Made by a program: the position numbers and the translations under genes
NCBI GenBank assembly: GCA_041625575.1
Contig: JBFJTG010000007.1
Location: 1,879 to 65,878 of the forward strand
Origin: Litorivivens sp.
Lineage (GTDB): Bacteria > Pseudomonadota > Gammaproteobacteria > Pseudomonadales > Spongiibacteraceae
Direction: 5' to 3'
Length of the DNA stretch: 64,000 nucleotides
Shown here: positions 47,858 to 56,877 of the stretch, piece after piece
Layout: each line of letters opens with the position of its first letter
Numbering within the stretch: position 1 is the stretch's first letter
The notes under the pieces: generated by a model
The model's input: the letters and a program-made list of their open reading frames with translations, nothing else
Told to the model about the DNA's origin: nothing
The model's database searches: none

Positions 47858-50800
47858 ATGTGGGTATCGGATACTGCGGTAAAACGACCGGTACTCGCGG
47901 TCGTTCTCAGTCTGCTGCTGGTTGCTTTTGGTTTGGTCTCCTTCGAGCGCTTACCGTTGCGCGAGTATCCCGACATCGACCCGCCGGTTGTCTCGATCAG
48001 AACCAACTACACGGGCGCGTCAGCCTCTGTGGTGGAGTCACGCGTGACCCAGGTGCTGGAGGATCGTGTTGCCGGCATCGAAGGCATTAAAACTATTTCC
48101 TCTTCCAGCATCGATGGTTTGTCCAACATCAGTATAGAATTTGATCTGGGGCGCGATATCGATGCTGCCGCCAATGATGTGCGCGATCAAATTTCCGGCG
48201 CGCTTGCCACCCTGCCACAAGAAGCCGACCCACCTGAAATACAGAAAAGCGACTCCGACGAGCGCGTGATCATGTGGCTAAACCTCACCTCGGAGTCGAT
48301 GGATACGCTCGCGCTTACCGACTATGCCGAACGCTATTTGCTCGATCGCTTTTCGGTCCTCGACGGCGTCGCACGAGTCCGCATTAGCGGCGGACTTGAT
48401 TACGCCATGCGCATTTGGCTTGACCGGCGCGCCATGGCTGCAAGGGGTTTAAGTGCCACCGACATTGAGAATGCGCTGCGCAGCGAAAATGTCGAGCTGC
48501 CCGCGGGCACAGTGAAATCCAGGGATCGGGATTTCATCGTCAAGTTGGAACGCAACTTTCAAAGCGAGGACGATTTTCGAAAATTGGTGATCGCCCGAGG
48601 AGATGACGGCTATCTGGTGCGCCTTCAGGATGTTGCTCGCGTAGAACTGGGCGCCGCAGAATGGCGACGTATGTTCCGTGGCAATGGCGTCAATATGGTC
48701 GGCCTCGGAATAATCAAGCAAAGCACGGCCAATACATTGGCCGTCACCCGCGCCGCCAAGGCTCTGCGCGACCGCGTTGCCGACAGCCTGCCCGAGGGCG
48801 TAAAAATCGAACAGAGCTTCGACAGCTCAGTGTTTGTTGAAAGTGCTATCTCCGAGGTTTACCGCACGCTCTTTATCGCCGCCGGGCTCGTCATTCTGGT
48901 CATTCTGATTTTTCTCGGTGATTTGCGCGCGATGCTGGTGCCTGCGGTTACGGTTCCTGTCTCGTTGATTGCCACCTTTACCGTGTTGTACGCCCTCGGT
49001 TATTCCCTTAATTTATTGACGCTTCTGGCACTGGTACTGGCTATTGGCCTGGTAGTCGACGACGGCATTGTCGTTCTGGAAAATATTCACCGGCGCATGA
49101 ACACCGGTGAATCACCTCTCGTCGCTGCTTATCGGGGTAGCCGTCAAGTCGACTTTGCCGTAGTCGCCACCACCCTCGTATTGATCGCGGTTTTTGTTCC
49201 CATCACTTTCTTGCAGGATGACGTCGGCCGCCTGTTTGGCGAATTTTCCGTTGCCATGGCAACCGCCGTCGGCTTTTCCAGCATCGTTGCACTCACGCTG
49301 TCCCCGGTGATCTGCGCGAAGTTGCTAAAAGCCAAAAATGGCGATGACAATTCCGGTCTTACGCGAATCACCGACAAGGCCTTTGCCACTCTGCAAAGGC
49401 GCTACCAAAACACTTTGTCCGGCGCGCTGCACGCCCCCGTGGCCACGGTGTTGATCGTTCTCGTCGCGCTGGCTTTGTGTGGCTATTTATTCAAGCAACT
49501 GCCTCAGGAATTTGCCCCCAAAGAAGATCGCGGCGTCTTTTACATGATTATCAAGGGGCCTGAAGGTGCATCCTTCGATTACACCAAAGAACGCACCTTG
49601 CACATTGAAGAGCGGCTGATGCCGCTGGTTGAATCCGGCGAAGTGCAACGCCTGTTACTGCGGGCACCCATGGGCTTTAGCAGTGGCGAGAACTACAACG
49701 GCGCCATGTCGGTTATTGTGTTGTCGCCTTGGGAAACGGGCCGTCGAAATGGCTGGACCATTATGGACGATGTGCGCAAACGTGTCGCGGACGTCAGCGG
49801 CGTTGTCGCCTTCCCAATCATGCCGCAAGCCTTGGGCGGTCATTCGAGCCAGTCAGTGCAATTTGTGATCGGCGGCAGTGACTACGAAGAACTCGCGCGC
49901 TGGCGCGATCGAATCCTCGCCGAGGCCAGCACCAATGCCGGCTTAATTGGCCTCGATAGCGACTACGAAGAAAGTAAACCGCAACTGCGCGTCACCGTTG
50001 ATACCGAGCGTGCGGCGTCGCTGGGCGTGCAACTGATCGATATAAACCGGACACTGGAAACCCTGCTAGGCTCGCGCCGCGTCACCACCTTTATGCGCGA
50101 CGGGGAAGAATATGACGTTATTCTCGAAGGTGAGCCCGGCAGTCAGCGATCACCGGGCGACCTGAATAATATCTACGTACGCTCGGCCAGCACCAACAGT
50201 CTTATTCCGCTTGCCAACCTGGTGAAGCTAACAGACAGCGCCGACGCCTCCACACTCAATCGCTACAATCGAATGCGCGCCATTACGCTTTCGGCAGGCC
50301 TGGCCGGAAACTACGCGCTGGGCGACGCGCTTGGGTATCTCGAACAATTAAGCCGCGAAGTCGCGCCCGAAGCCGTCATCGACTACAAGGGCGAATCTCT
50401 GAGCCTGAAAGAAAGTGGCGGTGATATTTATTTTATTTTTGCGCTGTCACTGCTCGTTGTATTTTTGGTCATGGCCGCCCAGTTTGAAAGCTTCATTCAC
50501 CCCCTGGTGATTATGCTAACGGTGCCGCTGGCTATTGCCGGCGCATTGGTCGGTCTCTACCTCACCGGCCAAAGCATCAACATTTACAGTCAGGTTGCGC
50601 TAATTATGCTGGTGGGCCTGGCGACCAAGAACGGTATTTTAATCGTGGAATTTGCCAATCAGCTGCGCGATGAAGGCCAAAATTTCGAGCAGGCGCTCTT
50701 GGCCGCTTCCGGCCAGCGCCTGCGCCCGATACTAATGACATCCATCACCACCGTGATGGGTGCCGTTCCCCTGCTGCTTGCCAGCGGGGCAGGGAGCGAA

Positions 50801-50971
50801 GCCCGAATTGTGATTGGCATAGTCGTCGCATCGGGTGTGAGCGTCGCAACCCTACTGACACTCTTTGTTGTGCCGCTGGCCTACCACTTACTGGCCCGCA
50901 ACACCCACACCCCGCTGACAGTGAGCCGGCAGCTCAATTGCCAGTTAGCGAACAGTGCCGAGAAGAGTTAG
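47858..50971 (+). CDS. RND efflux permease (AcrB/HAE1-like)
   Basis: KRPVLA, REYPDID, GLVVDDGIVVLENI, TKNGILIVEF, RLRPILMT; proton-relay residues present. Confidence 0.96.
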   Translation: MWVSDTAVKRPVLAVVLSLLLVAFGLVSFERLPLREYPDIDPPVVSIRTNYTGASASVVESRVTQVLEDRVAGIEGIKTISSSSIDGLSNISIEFDLGRDIDAAANDVRDQISGALATLPQEADPPEIQKSDSDERVIMWLNLTSESMDTLALTDYAERYLLDRFSVLDGVARVRISGGLDYAMRIWLDRRAMAARGLSATDIENALRSENVELPAGTVKSRDRDFIVKLERNFQSEDDFRKLVIARGDDGYLVRLQDVARVELGAAEWRRMFRGNGVNMVGLGIIKQSTANTLAVTRAAKALRDRVADSLPEGVKIEQSFDSSVFVESAISEVYRTLFIAAGLVILVILIFLGDLRAMLVPAVTVPVSLIATFTVLYALGYSLNLLTLLALVLAIGLVVDDGIVVLENIHRRMNTGESPLVAAYRGSRQVDFAVVATTLVLIAVFVPITFLQDDVGRLFGEFSVAMATAVGFSSIVALTLSPVICAKLLKAKNGDDNSGLTRITDKAFATLQRRYQNTLSGALHAPVATVLIVLVALALCGYLFKQLPQEFAPKEDRGVFYMIIKGPEGASFDYTKERTLHIEERLMPLVESGEVQRLLLRAPMGFSSGENYNGAMSVIVLSPWETGRRNGWTIMDDVRKRVADVSGVVAFPIMPQALGGHSSQSVQFVIGGSDYEELARWRDRILAEASTNAGLIGLDSDYEESKPQLRVTVDTERAASLGVQLIDINRTLETLLGSRRVTTFMRDGEEYDVILEGEPGSQRSPGDLNNIYVRSASTNSLIPLANLVKLTDSADASTLNRYNRMRAITLSAGLAGNYALGDALGYLEQLSREVAPEAVIDYKGESLSLKESGGDIYFIFALSLLVVFLVMAAQFESFIHPLVIMLTVPLAIAGALVGLYLTGQSINIYSQVALIMLVGLATKNGILIVEFANQLRDEGQNFEQALLAASGQRLRPILMTSITTVMGAVPLLLASGAGSEARIVIGIVVASGVSVATLLTLFVVPLAYHLLARNTHTPLTVSRQLNCQLANSAEKS

Positions 50972-51453
50972 GCCCCGGATCGCGCCAGCTTTTCAGCGCG
51001 GTCCGCGATGGCCTGACTCATTTCGCGAAAGCCGCGGCGCAGATTGCGCCCCAGTAGCAAGCCGACGACCGGCGCAAACCAGCCGCTCAACTGGAAAAAA
51101 GACCGGTAGCGGGTGCCACCCTCGGGCAGGGTCGACAAACGGTGGGAGCGAAAACTCTTCAGGGCCCCCAGTGGGTCGCCCTTAATTCCGTAGCTCAGTA
51201 GCTTTTCCGGCTCATGCTCCATAATGAACTCGGTTTGCGGCTGCGCGAAAAACGGCAGCACACGCACGCGCATCACAATGGGGTCACCCACCTTGAAGGT
51301 GGATTTCGACTCAACAACAAAAGGATTCCATTCAGGGTAGGCCTGCTGATCGCTCAGCACCTGCCATACGAGGGCTGGCGGCGCATCAATGACGTGTTCA
51401 AATTCAATAGTGACTGGCAATTTAATTTTCTCCATGGGCTCAGCCCTGTGCAT
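50968..51453 (-). CDS. SRPBCC/polyketide cyclase-dehydrase family protein
   Basis: IDAPPALVWQVL...YPEWNPF, C-terminal helix GFREMSQAIADRAE. Confidence 0.85.
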   Translation of the reverse strand: MHRAEPMEKIKLPVTIEFEHVIDAPPALVWQVLSDQQAYPEWNPFVVESKSTFKVGDPIVMRVRVLPFFAQPQTEFIMEHEPEKLLSYGIKGDPLGALKSFRSHRLSTLPEGGTRYRSFFQLSGWFAPVVGLLLGRNLRRGFREMSQAIADRAEKLARSGA

Positions 51454-51518
51454 TTGCCGCCAATTTTGACATAGTTAGCCGCATTTCTGCTTCCCTAAAC
51501 TTTTAACGAGCGAGCAAC

Positions 51519-52406
51519 GTGGGCGCCTTACTTCAAAATTCCATCAGTGACTGGCGAGACGAGGGTAATTATTTTACTTTCAACGAGCACACCATCTTCT
51601 TCAAAGACAGCGGCGAAAGCGACAAACCCTGCCTGCTTTTAATACATGGCTTCCCTACCTCCAGCTGGGATTTTCTCAAAATCTGGCCGCTATTGGCCGA
51701 CCACTACCGCCTGATAGCACCGGATATGCTGGGCTTTGGCTTTAGTGACAAGCCTTTTGCCCACGATTACAGCATTCATGAACAGGCCGATATCGTCGAG
51801 GCGCTGGTCAGTGAGCTGAAATTGGATCGCTTTCACGTGTTGGCTCACGACTACGGCGACACGGTTGCTCAGGAGCTGCTCTACCGCCAGAACGTGGGCA
51901 AGGGTCGCGGCCACTGGTTGTCGGTATGCCTGCTCAACGGCGGCCTGTTTCCCGAAACCCACCGCGCACGCCTGGTGCAAAAATTACTGGAAGGTCCGCT
52001 GGGTTCCTTTATTTCGCGTTTGTTTGGTAAAAAGCAGTTCGAACGCAGTTTTACCGCGGTCTTTGGCAGTGCCACCCGCCCCAGCCAATCAGAGCTCGAC
52101 GGCTTCTGGCAATTGATGTGCTTGCGCCACGGCAATCAACTGCTGCATAAACTCATCCACTATATGGCCGACCGGCGCCAATACCGCGAGCGCTGGCTGC
52201 TGGCGCTGCGAGACAGTTGCGTGCCCGTGATGCTGATCAATGGCAACGCCGACCCCGTGTCCGGCGCGCATATGGTAGAACGTTATCGCGAGCTGGTGCG
52301 CAGCGGCGACACCATAGTTGAGCTCTCGGAGATTGGCCATTATCCTCAGGTTGAGGCCCCATCCGCCGTTGCCTCGGCCTATCATGAGTTTGTGCAGGAG
52401 CTGTAA
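51519..52406 (+). CDS. Alpha/beta hydrolase (MEST/epoxide hydrolase-like)
   Basis: HGFPTSS, DMLGFGFSDKP, AHDYG (Asp nucleophile), DPVSG, GHYPQVE. Confidence 0.9.
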   Translation: MGALLQNSISDWRDEGNYFTFNEHTIFFKDSGESDKPCLLLIHGFPTSSWDFLKIWPLLADHYRLIAPDMLGFGFSDKPFAHDYSIHEQADIVEALVSELKLDRFHVLAHDYGDTVAQELLYRQNVGKGRGHWLSVCLLNGGLFPETHRARLVQKLLEGPLGSFISRLFGKKQFERSFTAVFGSATRPSQSELDGFWQLMCLRHGNQLLHKLIHYMADRRQYRERWLLALRDSCVPVMLINGNADPVSGAHMVERYRELVRSGDTIVELSEIGHYPQVEAPSAVASAYHEFVQEL

Positions 52407-53557
52407 TGAATTTTCAGTTTGAGACTTGCGGTCGCATCGTTTTTGAAGCCGGAGCCAGCGCGCAGCTGCCAACCCTGTGTCGCGAACTTGGCTTGTCTCA
52501 TCTGTTTCTAGTCAGCGACCCCGGCCTGCAGTCAACGGGCATTGTCGAGCGCACACAACAGCTACTGGAAAAATCGGGCCTTGGGGTAACACTCTATGGC
52601 GACGTGCTGGCCGACCCGCCGGAAGCCCTCGTACTGGCTGCCGCCGAACTGGCCCGCGAAGCGCGGGCGGATGGCGTTATTGGCTTGGGCGGCGGCAGCT
52701 CCATGGACGTTGCCAAGCTGATAGCCGCACTGGTGCCCTCAAGCCAAACGCTTGGCGAGATGTACGGCGTCGGCAACATTCTTGGCAGCCGGCTGCCGCT
52801 GATTCAAATTCCCACCACCGCCGGCACCGGCTCCGAAGTCACCCCTATTGCCATTGTGACCACCGGCGAAACCACCCAGATGGGCGTGGTTTCCCCCGTC
52901 TTGCTGCCCGATATCGCCCTGCTGGACCCCGAACTGACCCGAGGTTTGCCGCCGGCCGTTACCGCTGCGACCGGTATTGACGCCATGGTGCACGCGATCG
53001 AAGCCTACACCTCCAAGATCAAGAAAAACCCCTATTCCGATATGCTTGCACGCCAAGCGCTGACGCTGATGGCAGCCAACCTTCACACCGCCATTGAGCA
53101 GGGCGACAATTTGAATGCGCGCAGCAACATGCTGCTCGGCGCCTGTCTGGCAGGCCAGGCTTTTGCCAACGCGCCGGTAGCTGCCGTTCACGCCCTTGCC
53201 TATCCGCTGGGGGGGCACTACCACATTCCCCACGGGCTCAGTAATTCACTGGTACTGCCCGCGGTATTAAAATTTAATGCCAGCCACGCCGCCAATCTGT
53301 ACGCCGAGCTCCTGCCCTGCATTCAGCCCGGCACACAGGTGCTGTCGCCCAGCGCAGCCTGCGATCAATTTATTGCATCGATTGAAAACATTGTGGCGCG
53401 CGCACCCCTGCCTCAGACCCTGAAGCAAGCCAAGGTACCCGAAGAGGACCTGCCCATGCTGGCCAAAGACGCGATGTTGCAGCAGCGATTATTGGTGAAT
53501 AATCCGAGAGCGATTTCAGAGACGGATGCCCTGGCAATTTATCGGGCTGCTTACTAG
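52406..53557 (+). CDS. Iron-containing alcohol dehydrogenase
   Basis: GGGSSMD, PTTAGTGSE, DAMVHAIE, HALAYPLGGHYHIPHG. Confidence 0.93.
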   Translation: MNFQFETCGRIVFEAGASAQLPTLCRELGLSHLFLVSDPGLQSTGIVERTQQLLEKSGLGVTLYGDVLADPPEALVLAAAELAREARADGVIGLGGGSSMDVAKLIAALVPSSQTLGEMYGVGNILGSRLPLIQIPTTAGTGSEVTPIAIVTTGETTQMGVVSPVLLPDIALLDPELTRGLPPAVTAATGIDAMVHAIEAYTSKIKKNPYSDMLARQALTLMAANLHTAIEQGDNLNARSNMLLGACLAGQAFANAPVAAVHALAYPLGGHYHIPHGLSNSLVLPAVLKFNASHAANLYAELLPCIQPGTQVLSPSAACDQFIASIENIVARAPLPQTLKQAKVPEEDLPMLAKDAMLQQRLLVNNPRAISETDALAIYRAAY

Positions 53558-53563
53558 CTAGGG

Positions 53564-54001
53564 ATGCCGCTAACTATGGACGCAAGTTTACGTCAACACT
53601 ATCGCCGCTTTTTTCCCATCACCACCCGCTGGATGGACAACGACATTTACGGCCACGTCAACAACGTGACCTACTACTCCTACTTTGACAGTGCCGCGAA
53701 TAGCTTTCTGATCAAAGAATGCGGGCTGGATATTCACCAGGGGGAGATTGTCGGCTTTGTCGTTTCTTCCGGCTGCGAATATCTCTCTCCCGTCGCTTAC
53801 CCTGATGAACTGGAAGCGGGGCTTGCGATTGAACAGCTGGGCAACAGCTCGGTGCGCTACAACATTGGCATCTTCAAAAAGGGCAGCACCAGCGCGTCGG
53901 CGCACGGTTTCTTTGTGCATGTGTTCGTAACACGCAAAGATCAAAAATCGGTACGAATTCCGTCTGGCATGCGCGCGGCAATGGAGGCCATTCTAGTTTA
54001 G
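53564..54001 (+). CDS. Acyl-CoA thioesterase (4HBT hotdog family)
   Basis: TRWMDNDIYGHVNNVTYYSYFD, LGNSSVRY, FVHVFV. Confidence 0.92.
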   Translation: MPLTMDASLRQHYRRFFPITTRWMDNDIYGHVNNVTYYSYFDSAANSFLIKECGLDIHQGEIVGFVVSSGCEYLSPVAYPDELEAGLAIEQLGNSSVRYNIGIFKKGSTSASAHGFFVHVFVTRKDQKSVRIPSGMRAAMEAILV

Positions 54002-54964
54002 TACGATTTTTTTTGCGGGAGTCTGGCGTGCGGCCGCGCTCGATTTTTCCGGCATAACTCTCTGGAGAAAGCGCATCCCCTCCTTAACCGCAAAGCCATT
54101 GCTGAGCACAAAGGCCGTGACATGCCCATGCAGTTTGAGCATGTAGAGTTCCGAGGGAACACCGGCACCTTGCAGTGCCTCGTAAAAATCAGTGGCATGA
54201 TCCGCGCTCACCAATTTGTCACTCGCCCCGTGGTATATAAAAAACGGGGGAGCTTCGCCATGAATATGCTCCACGGGAGACGCCTGGGCATAGACCTCCG
54301 GAATTTCATTGAGCCTGCCACCGAGGAATTGCGGCACCAGCGTACCGCCCTTAAACTTTCGCAAATCACTCGGAGTGCCCCCGGCGATAACGGCCGCCGG
54401 GCGGGTCAGGGGGCCACCATAGGGTCTATCCAGGTCGCCACCGGTATCGGCCACCAAGCCGAGCAAACTTACCAGATGTGCTCCGGACGAATAACCCAGC
54501 GCTGCAATACGCCGGGTATCGATACTGTAGCGTTCGGCGTTCGCATGAATCCAGCGCATGGCCTGCTGCATATCGTGGAGTTGGGCAGGAAATTGGTGCT
54601 CGGGGGCAAAGCGGTAAGCGACATTGACCGCCACAAAACCTCGCGCCGCAAGCTGCTTGCAGGTGCCGCGTATATCAGATGGATTGCGCCCCGCCCAGGC
54701 TCCACCATGAACAACCAACACCGCCGGATGCAAGCCATCGCCTGAAGGAAGGTAGACCTCTGCCATGAGTTCCTGTGGCCAGCCCGGCGGTGTGTAAGGC
54801 TGGGCTTCAACGACGTGGTAACTGTTCCGTCTAAGCACAGTGTCAGCCTGATCGTTAGCACTGTAGTTCACGCAGGCATTTAAGAACGCGCTAGCGGACA
54901 GCAGTACCGCCGAACGTAAAAACAATGAGCGCACAGGGCGATTAGAATTTTTCAAACGGGACAT
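53993..54964 (-). CDS. Exported (lipoprotein) alpha/beta esterase, HSL-like
   Basis: Start moved to ATG 54964; lipobox FLNAC; HGGAW, GYSSG, HGASD, H in LHGH. Confidence 0.85.
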   Translation of the reverse strand: MSRLKNSNRPVRSLFLRSAVLLSASAFLNACVNYSANDQADTVLRRNSYHVVEAQPYTPPGWPQELMAEVYLPSGDGLHPAVLVVHGGAWAGRNPSDIRGTCKQLAARGFVAVNVAYRFAPEHQFPAQLHDMQQAMRWIHANAERYSIDTRRIAALGYSSGAHLVSLLGLVADTGGDLDRPYGGPLTRPAAVIAGGTPSDLRKFKGGTLVPQFLGGRLNEIPEVYAQASPVEHIHGEAPPFFIYHGASDKLVSADHATDFYEALQGAGVPSELYMLKLHGHVTAFVLSNGFAVKEGMRFLQRVMPEKSSAAARQTPAKKIVLN

Positions 54965-55037
54965 CTCTTCACCACATTTAAGGGTCGTCAATAATTTACC
55001 CAGCTCTCTACGCAAGCTCAGCATCACTGGATGTCGG

Positions 55038-55877
55038 TCATTTTTTACGCATGCGCAATAGGCCTTCCTGACTAACCGCTGCCACCAACTGTCCCTGGCG
55101 GTTATAAATCCGGCCTCGACACAGAGCTCGCCCATGACCGGCTACATCACTGTGAATTTCATACAAAAGCCAGTCATCAACCCGAAAGGGCTGATAGAAC
55201 CAAAGTGCGTGATCCAAGGTAACGACCATCACGTCCGAGCTAAGGTGCGACACACCCTGCGGCCTCAAAGCCGTAACCAATATCGGATTATCTGACGCGT
55301 AGGCCAGCATTTGCTGGTGAGTGGCCAAATCATCACCAATTCGGTCGGTCGTTTTAAACCAGGCATAGGAAACCGGATCGCTGGGCTGGGGGTTTTTAAA
55401 ATCCTGCGGCGCCACCTGCCGGAATTCGATAGGCCAGCCGTAGTCCCCGCCCTTGAAGAACTTCTGATATAACTCGCCGTCACTCGCCAACCCTTCCGGG
55501 CCGGGCACGTCCGGCATCGGCCGCGCATGCTCAAAGCCAAGCTCCGGCCGCTGAAAAGACAGTCCCGCGCTGAAAATTGCCTTGCCCTGCTGACGTGCCA
55601 CTACTCGGCGGGTGACAAAACTGCGGCCATCGCGAATTCGGTCAACCTCATAGACCACCGGCTGCTTGGGATCGCCCGGGCGCAGAAAGTAGGAGTGCAG
55701 TGAATGCAGCGAGAACTCCACGGATACCGTGCGCTGGCCCGCGCTCAAAGCCTGCGACAGCACTTGGCCACCATAGATTCGAGCGCCACCACCGTGTCGC
55801 GAGCGACCTGTGAACAGGTTGCTGTCGAGTTCTTCCAGTTCATTGCAGGCAATCAGTTCAGCGAGGGCTTTTTGCAC
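55038..55877 (-). CDS. tesB: Acyl-CoA thioesterase II
   Basis: YGGQVLSQAL, HSLHSYFLRPGD, RDGRSFVTRRV, LAYASD, LDHALWF, QEGLLR. Confidence 0.92.
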   Translation of the reverse strand: MQKALAELIACNELEELDSNLFTGRSRHGGGARIYGGQVLSQALSAGQRTVSVEFSLHSLHSYFLRPGDPKQPVVYEVDRIRDGRSFVTRRVVARQQGKAIFSAGLSFQRPELGFEHARPMPDVPGPEGLASDGELYQKFFKGGDYGWPIEFRQVAPQDFKNPQPSDPVSYAWFKTTDRIGDDLATHQQMLAYASDNPILVTALRPQGVSHLSSDVMVVTLDHALWFYQPFRVDDWLLYEIHSDVAGHGRALCRGRIYNRQGQLVAAVSQEGLLRMRKK

Positions 55878-56065
55878 GAGGGCTCCTTATTTAACCGCGT
55901 CGTGTTGTACCACTTGATCGGCATTGACGCCAGTACCACTGCCGGCAATTCCGCCGTTAATTGCCTGCTATCCTGCAGCTTTAATCTGCACCGACGCACG
56001 TGACCGCTACTTCCAATTGCGTTACTGTCGTCTGCCGCCAACTCCCATTAGCAAGGATAATAACG

Positions 56066-56725
56066 ATGGCCATTACACTGTACGGTGCACACATATCCCC
56101 CTACGTTCGCAAAGTACGCGCGGCGCTGGCCTACAAAGGGCTCGAGTATGAGCACATTTTTGTCGCTCCAAAAATGGGAGACCAACCCGAAGAATTCAAG
56201 GCCAACAGCCCGCTCGGAAAAATCCCCCTGCTTCGCGATGGCAACAACTACATTCCCGACTCATCAGTCATTTGCGCCTGGCTAGACCGCCAGTATCCGG
56301 ACAAGCCGCTGCTACCCGCCGACAACGTCGACGCGGTTAAAAGCCTTTGGTTTGAAGAGTACGCTGACTCCACCATGACCACCGTGATGGGAGGGCATTT
56401 ATTTGCGGAAGTCGTGATGGCGAAGCTGCTGTTCAAACGTGAGCCCATACAATCGGATATCGATAAGGCAATAAACGAAGAAATTCCCGCGATTTTTGAC
56501 TATCTGGAAACGCAAATCGCCGGCAATTATCTGCTGGCCAGCGGTTTCTCGCTTGGTGATATTGCGGTGGGCTCCATCAGCGTTGCCTTGGTCCATAGCA
56601 ACTACAAGTGCGACGCCGCGCGCTGGCCGAAAACTGCGGCCTATTTAATGCGCCTGCACGAGGGGGAAATCTTTGCCCCGCTCATTGCCGACGAAAAGGC
56701 TCTGCTTGCCAGCTTTGGGGGCTAG
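56066..56725 (+). CDS. Glutathione S-transferase family protein
   Basis: SPYVRKV, SPLGKIPLL, DSSVICAWLD, FSLGDI; AAGGA RBS. Confidence 0.92.
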   Translation: MAITLYGAHISPYVRKVRAALAYKGLEYEHIFVAPKMGDQPEEFKANSPLGKIPLLRDGNNYIPDSSVICAWLDRQYPDKPLLPADNVDAVKSLWFEEYADSTMTTVMGGHLFAEVVMAKLLFKREPIQSDIDKAINEEIPAIFDYLETQIAGNYLLASGFSLGDIAVGSISVALVHSNYKCDAARWPKTAAYLMRLHEGEIFAPLIADEKALLASFGG

Positions 56726-56765
56726 ACCCAGAAAGCGGCTGGACTAATTATGGCTGTACGGTCCA

Positions 56766-56876
56766 TTCGCGAGCAGGGCTCGCTCCTACAAAAATAATCA
56801 CTAGTGGGTACTCGTAGGAGCCTGCCCTGCAGGCGAAAAACCACCTCAACTATTCGCCTGCAGGGCAGGCTCCTAC
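56766..56876. repeat. GTAG-family REP cluster (one single REP plus an inverted REP doublet)
   Basis: TTCGCGAGCAGGGCTCGCTCCTAC (56766-56789); GTAGGAGCCTGCCCTGCAGGCGAA (56814-56837) and its exact reverse complement (56853-56876), separated by 15 nt. Confidence 0.85.
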
Positions 56877-56877
56877 C

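Noticed and set aside
46780-50971. RND pump lacking an outer-membrane factor and regulator
   Set aside because: Common arrangement; such pumps normally use a TolC encoded elsewhere
54965-55135. Apparent N-terminal extension of the esterase overlapping tesB
   Set aside because: Artefact of longest-ORF calling; ATG 54964 gives a proper lipoprotein signal
56766-56876. Repeats considered as a mini-CRISPR array or IS ends
   Set aside because: The repeats are inverted and internally palindromic with GTAG ends; no unique spacers of uniform length, cas genes or transposase
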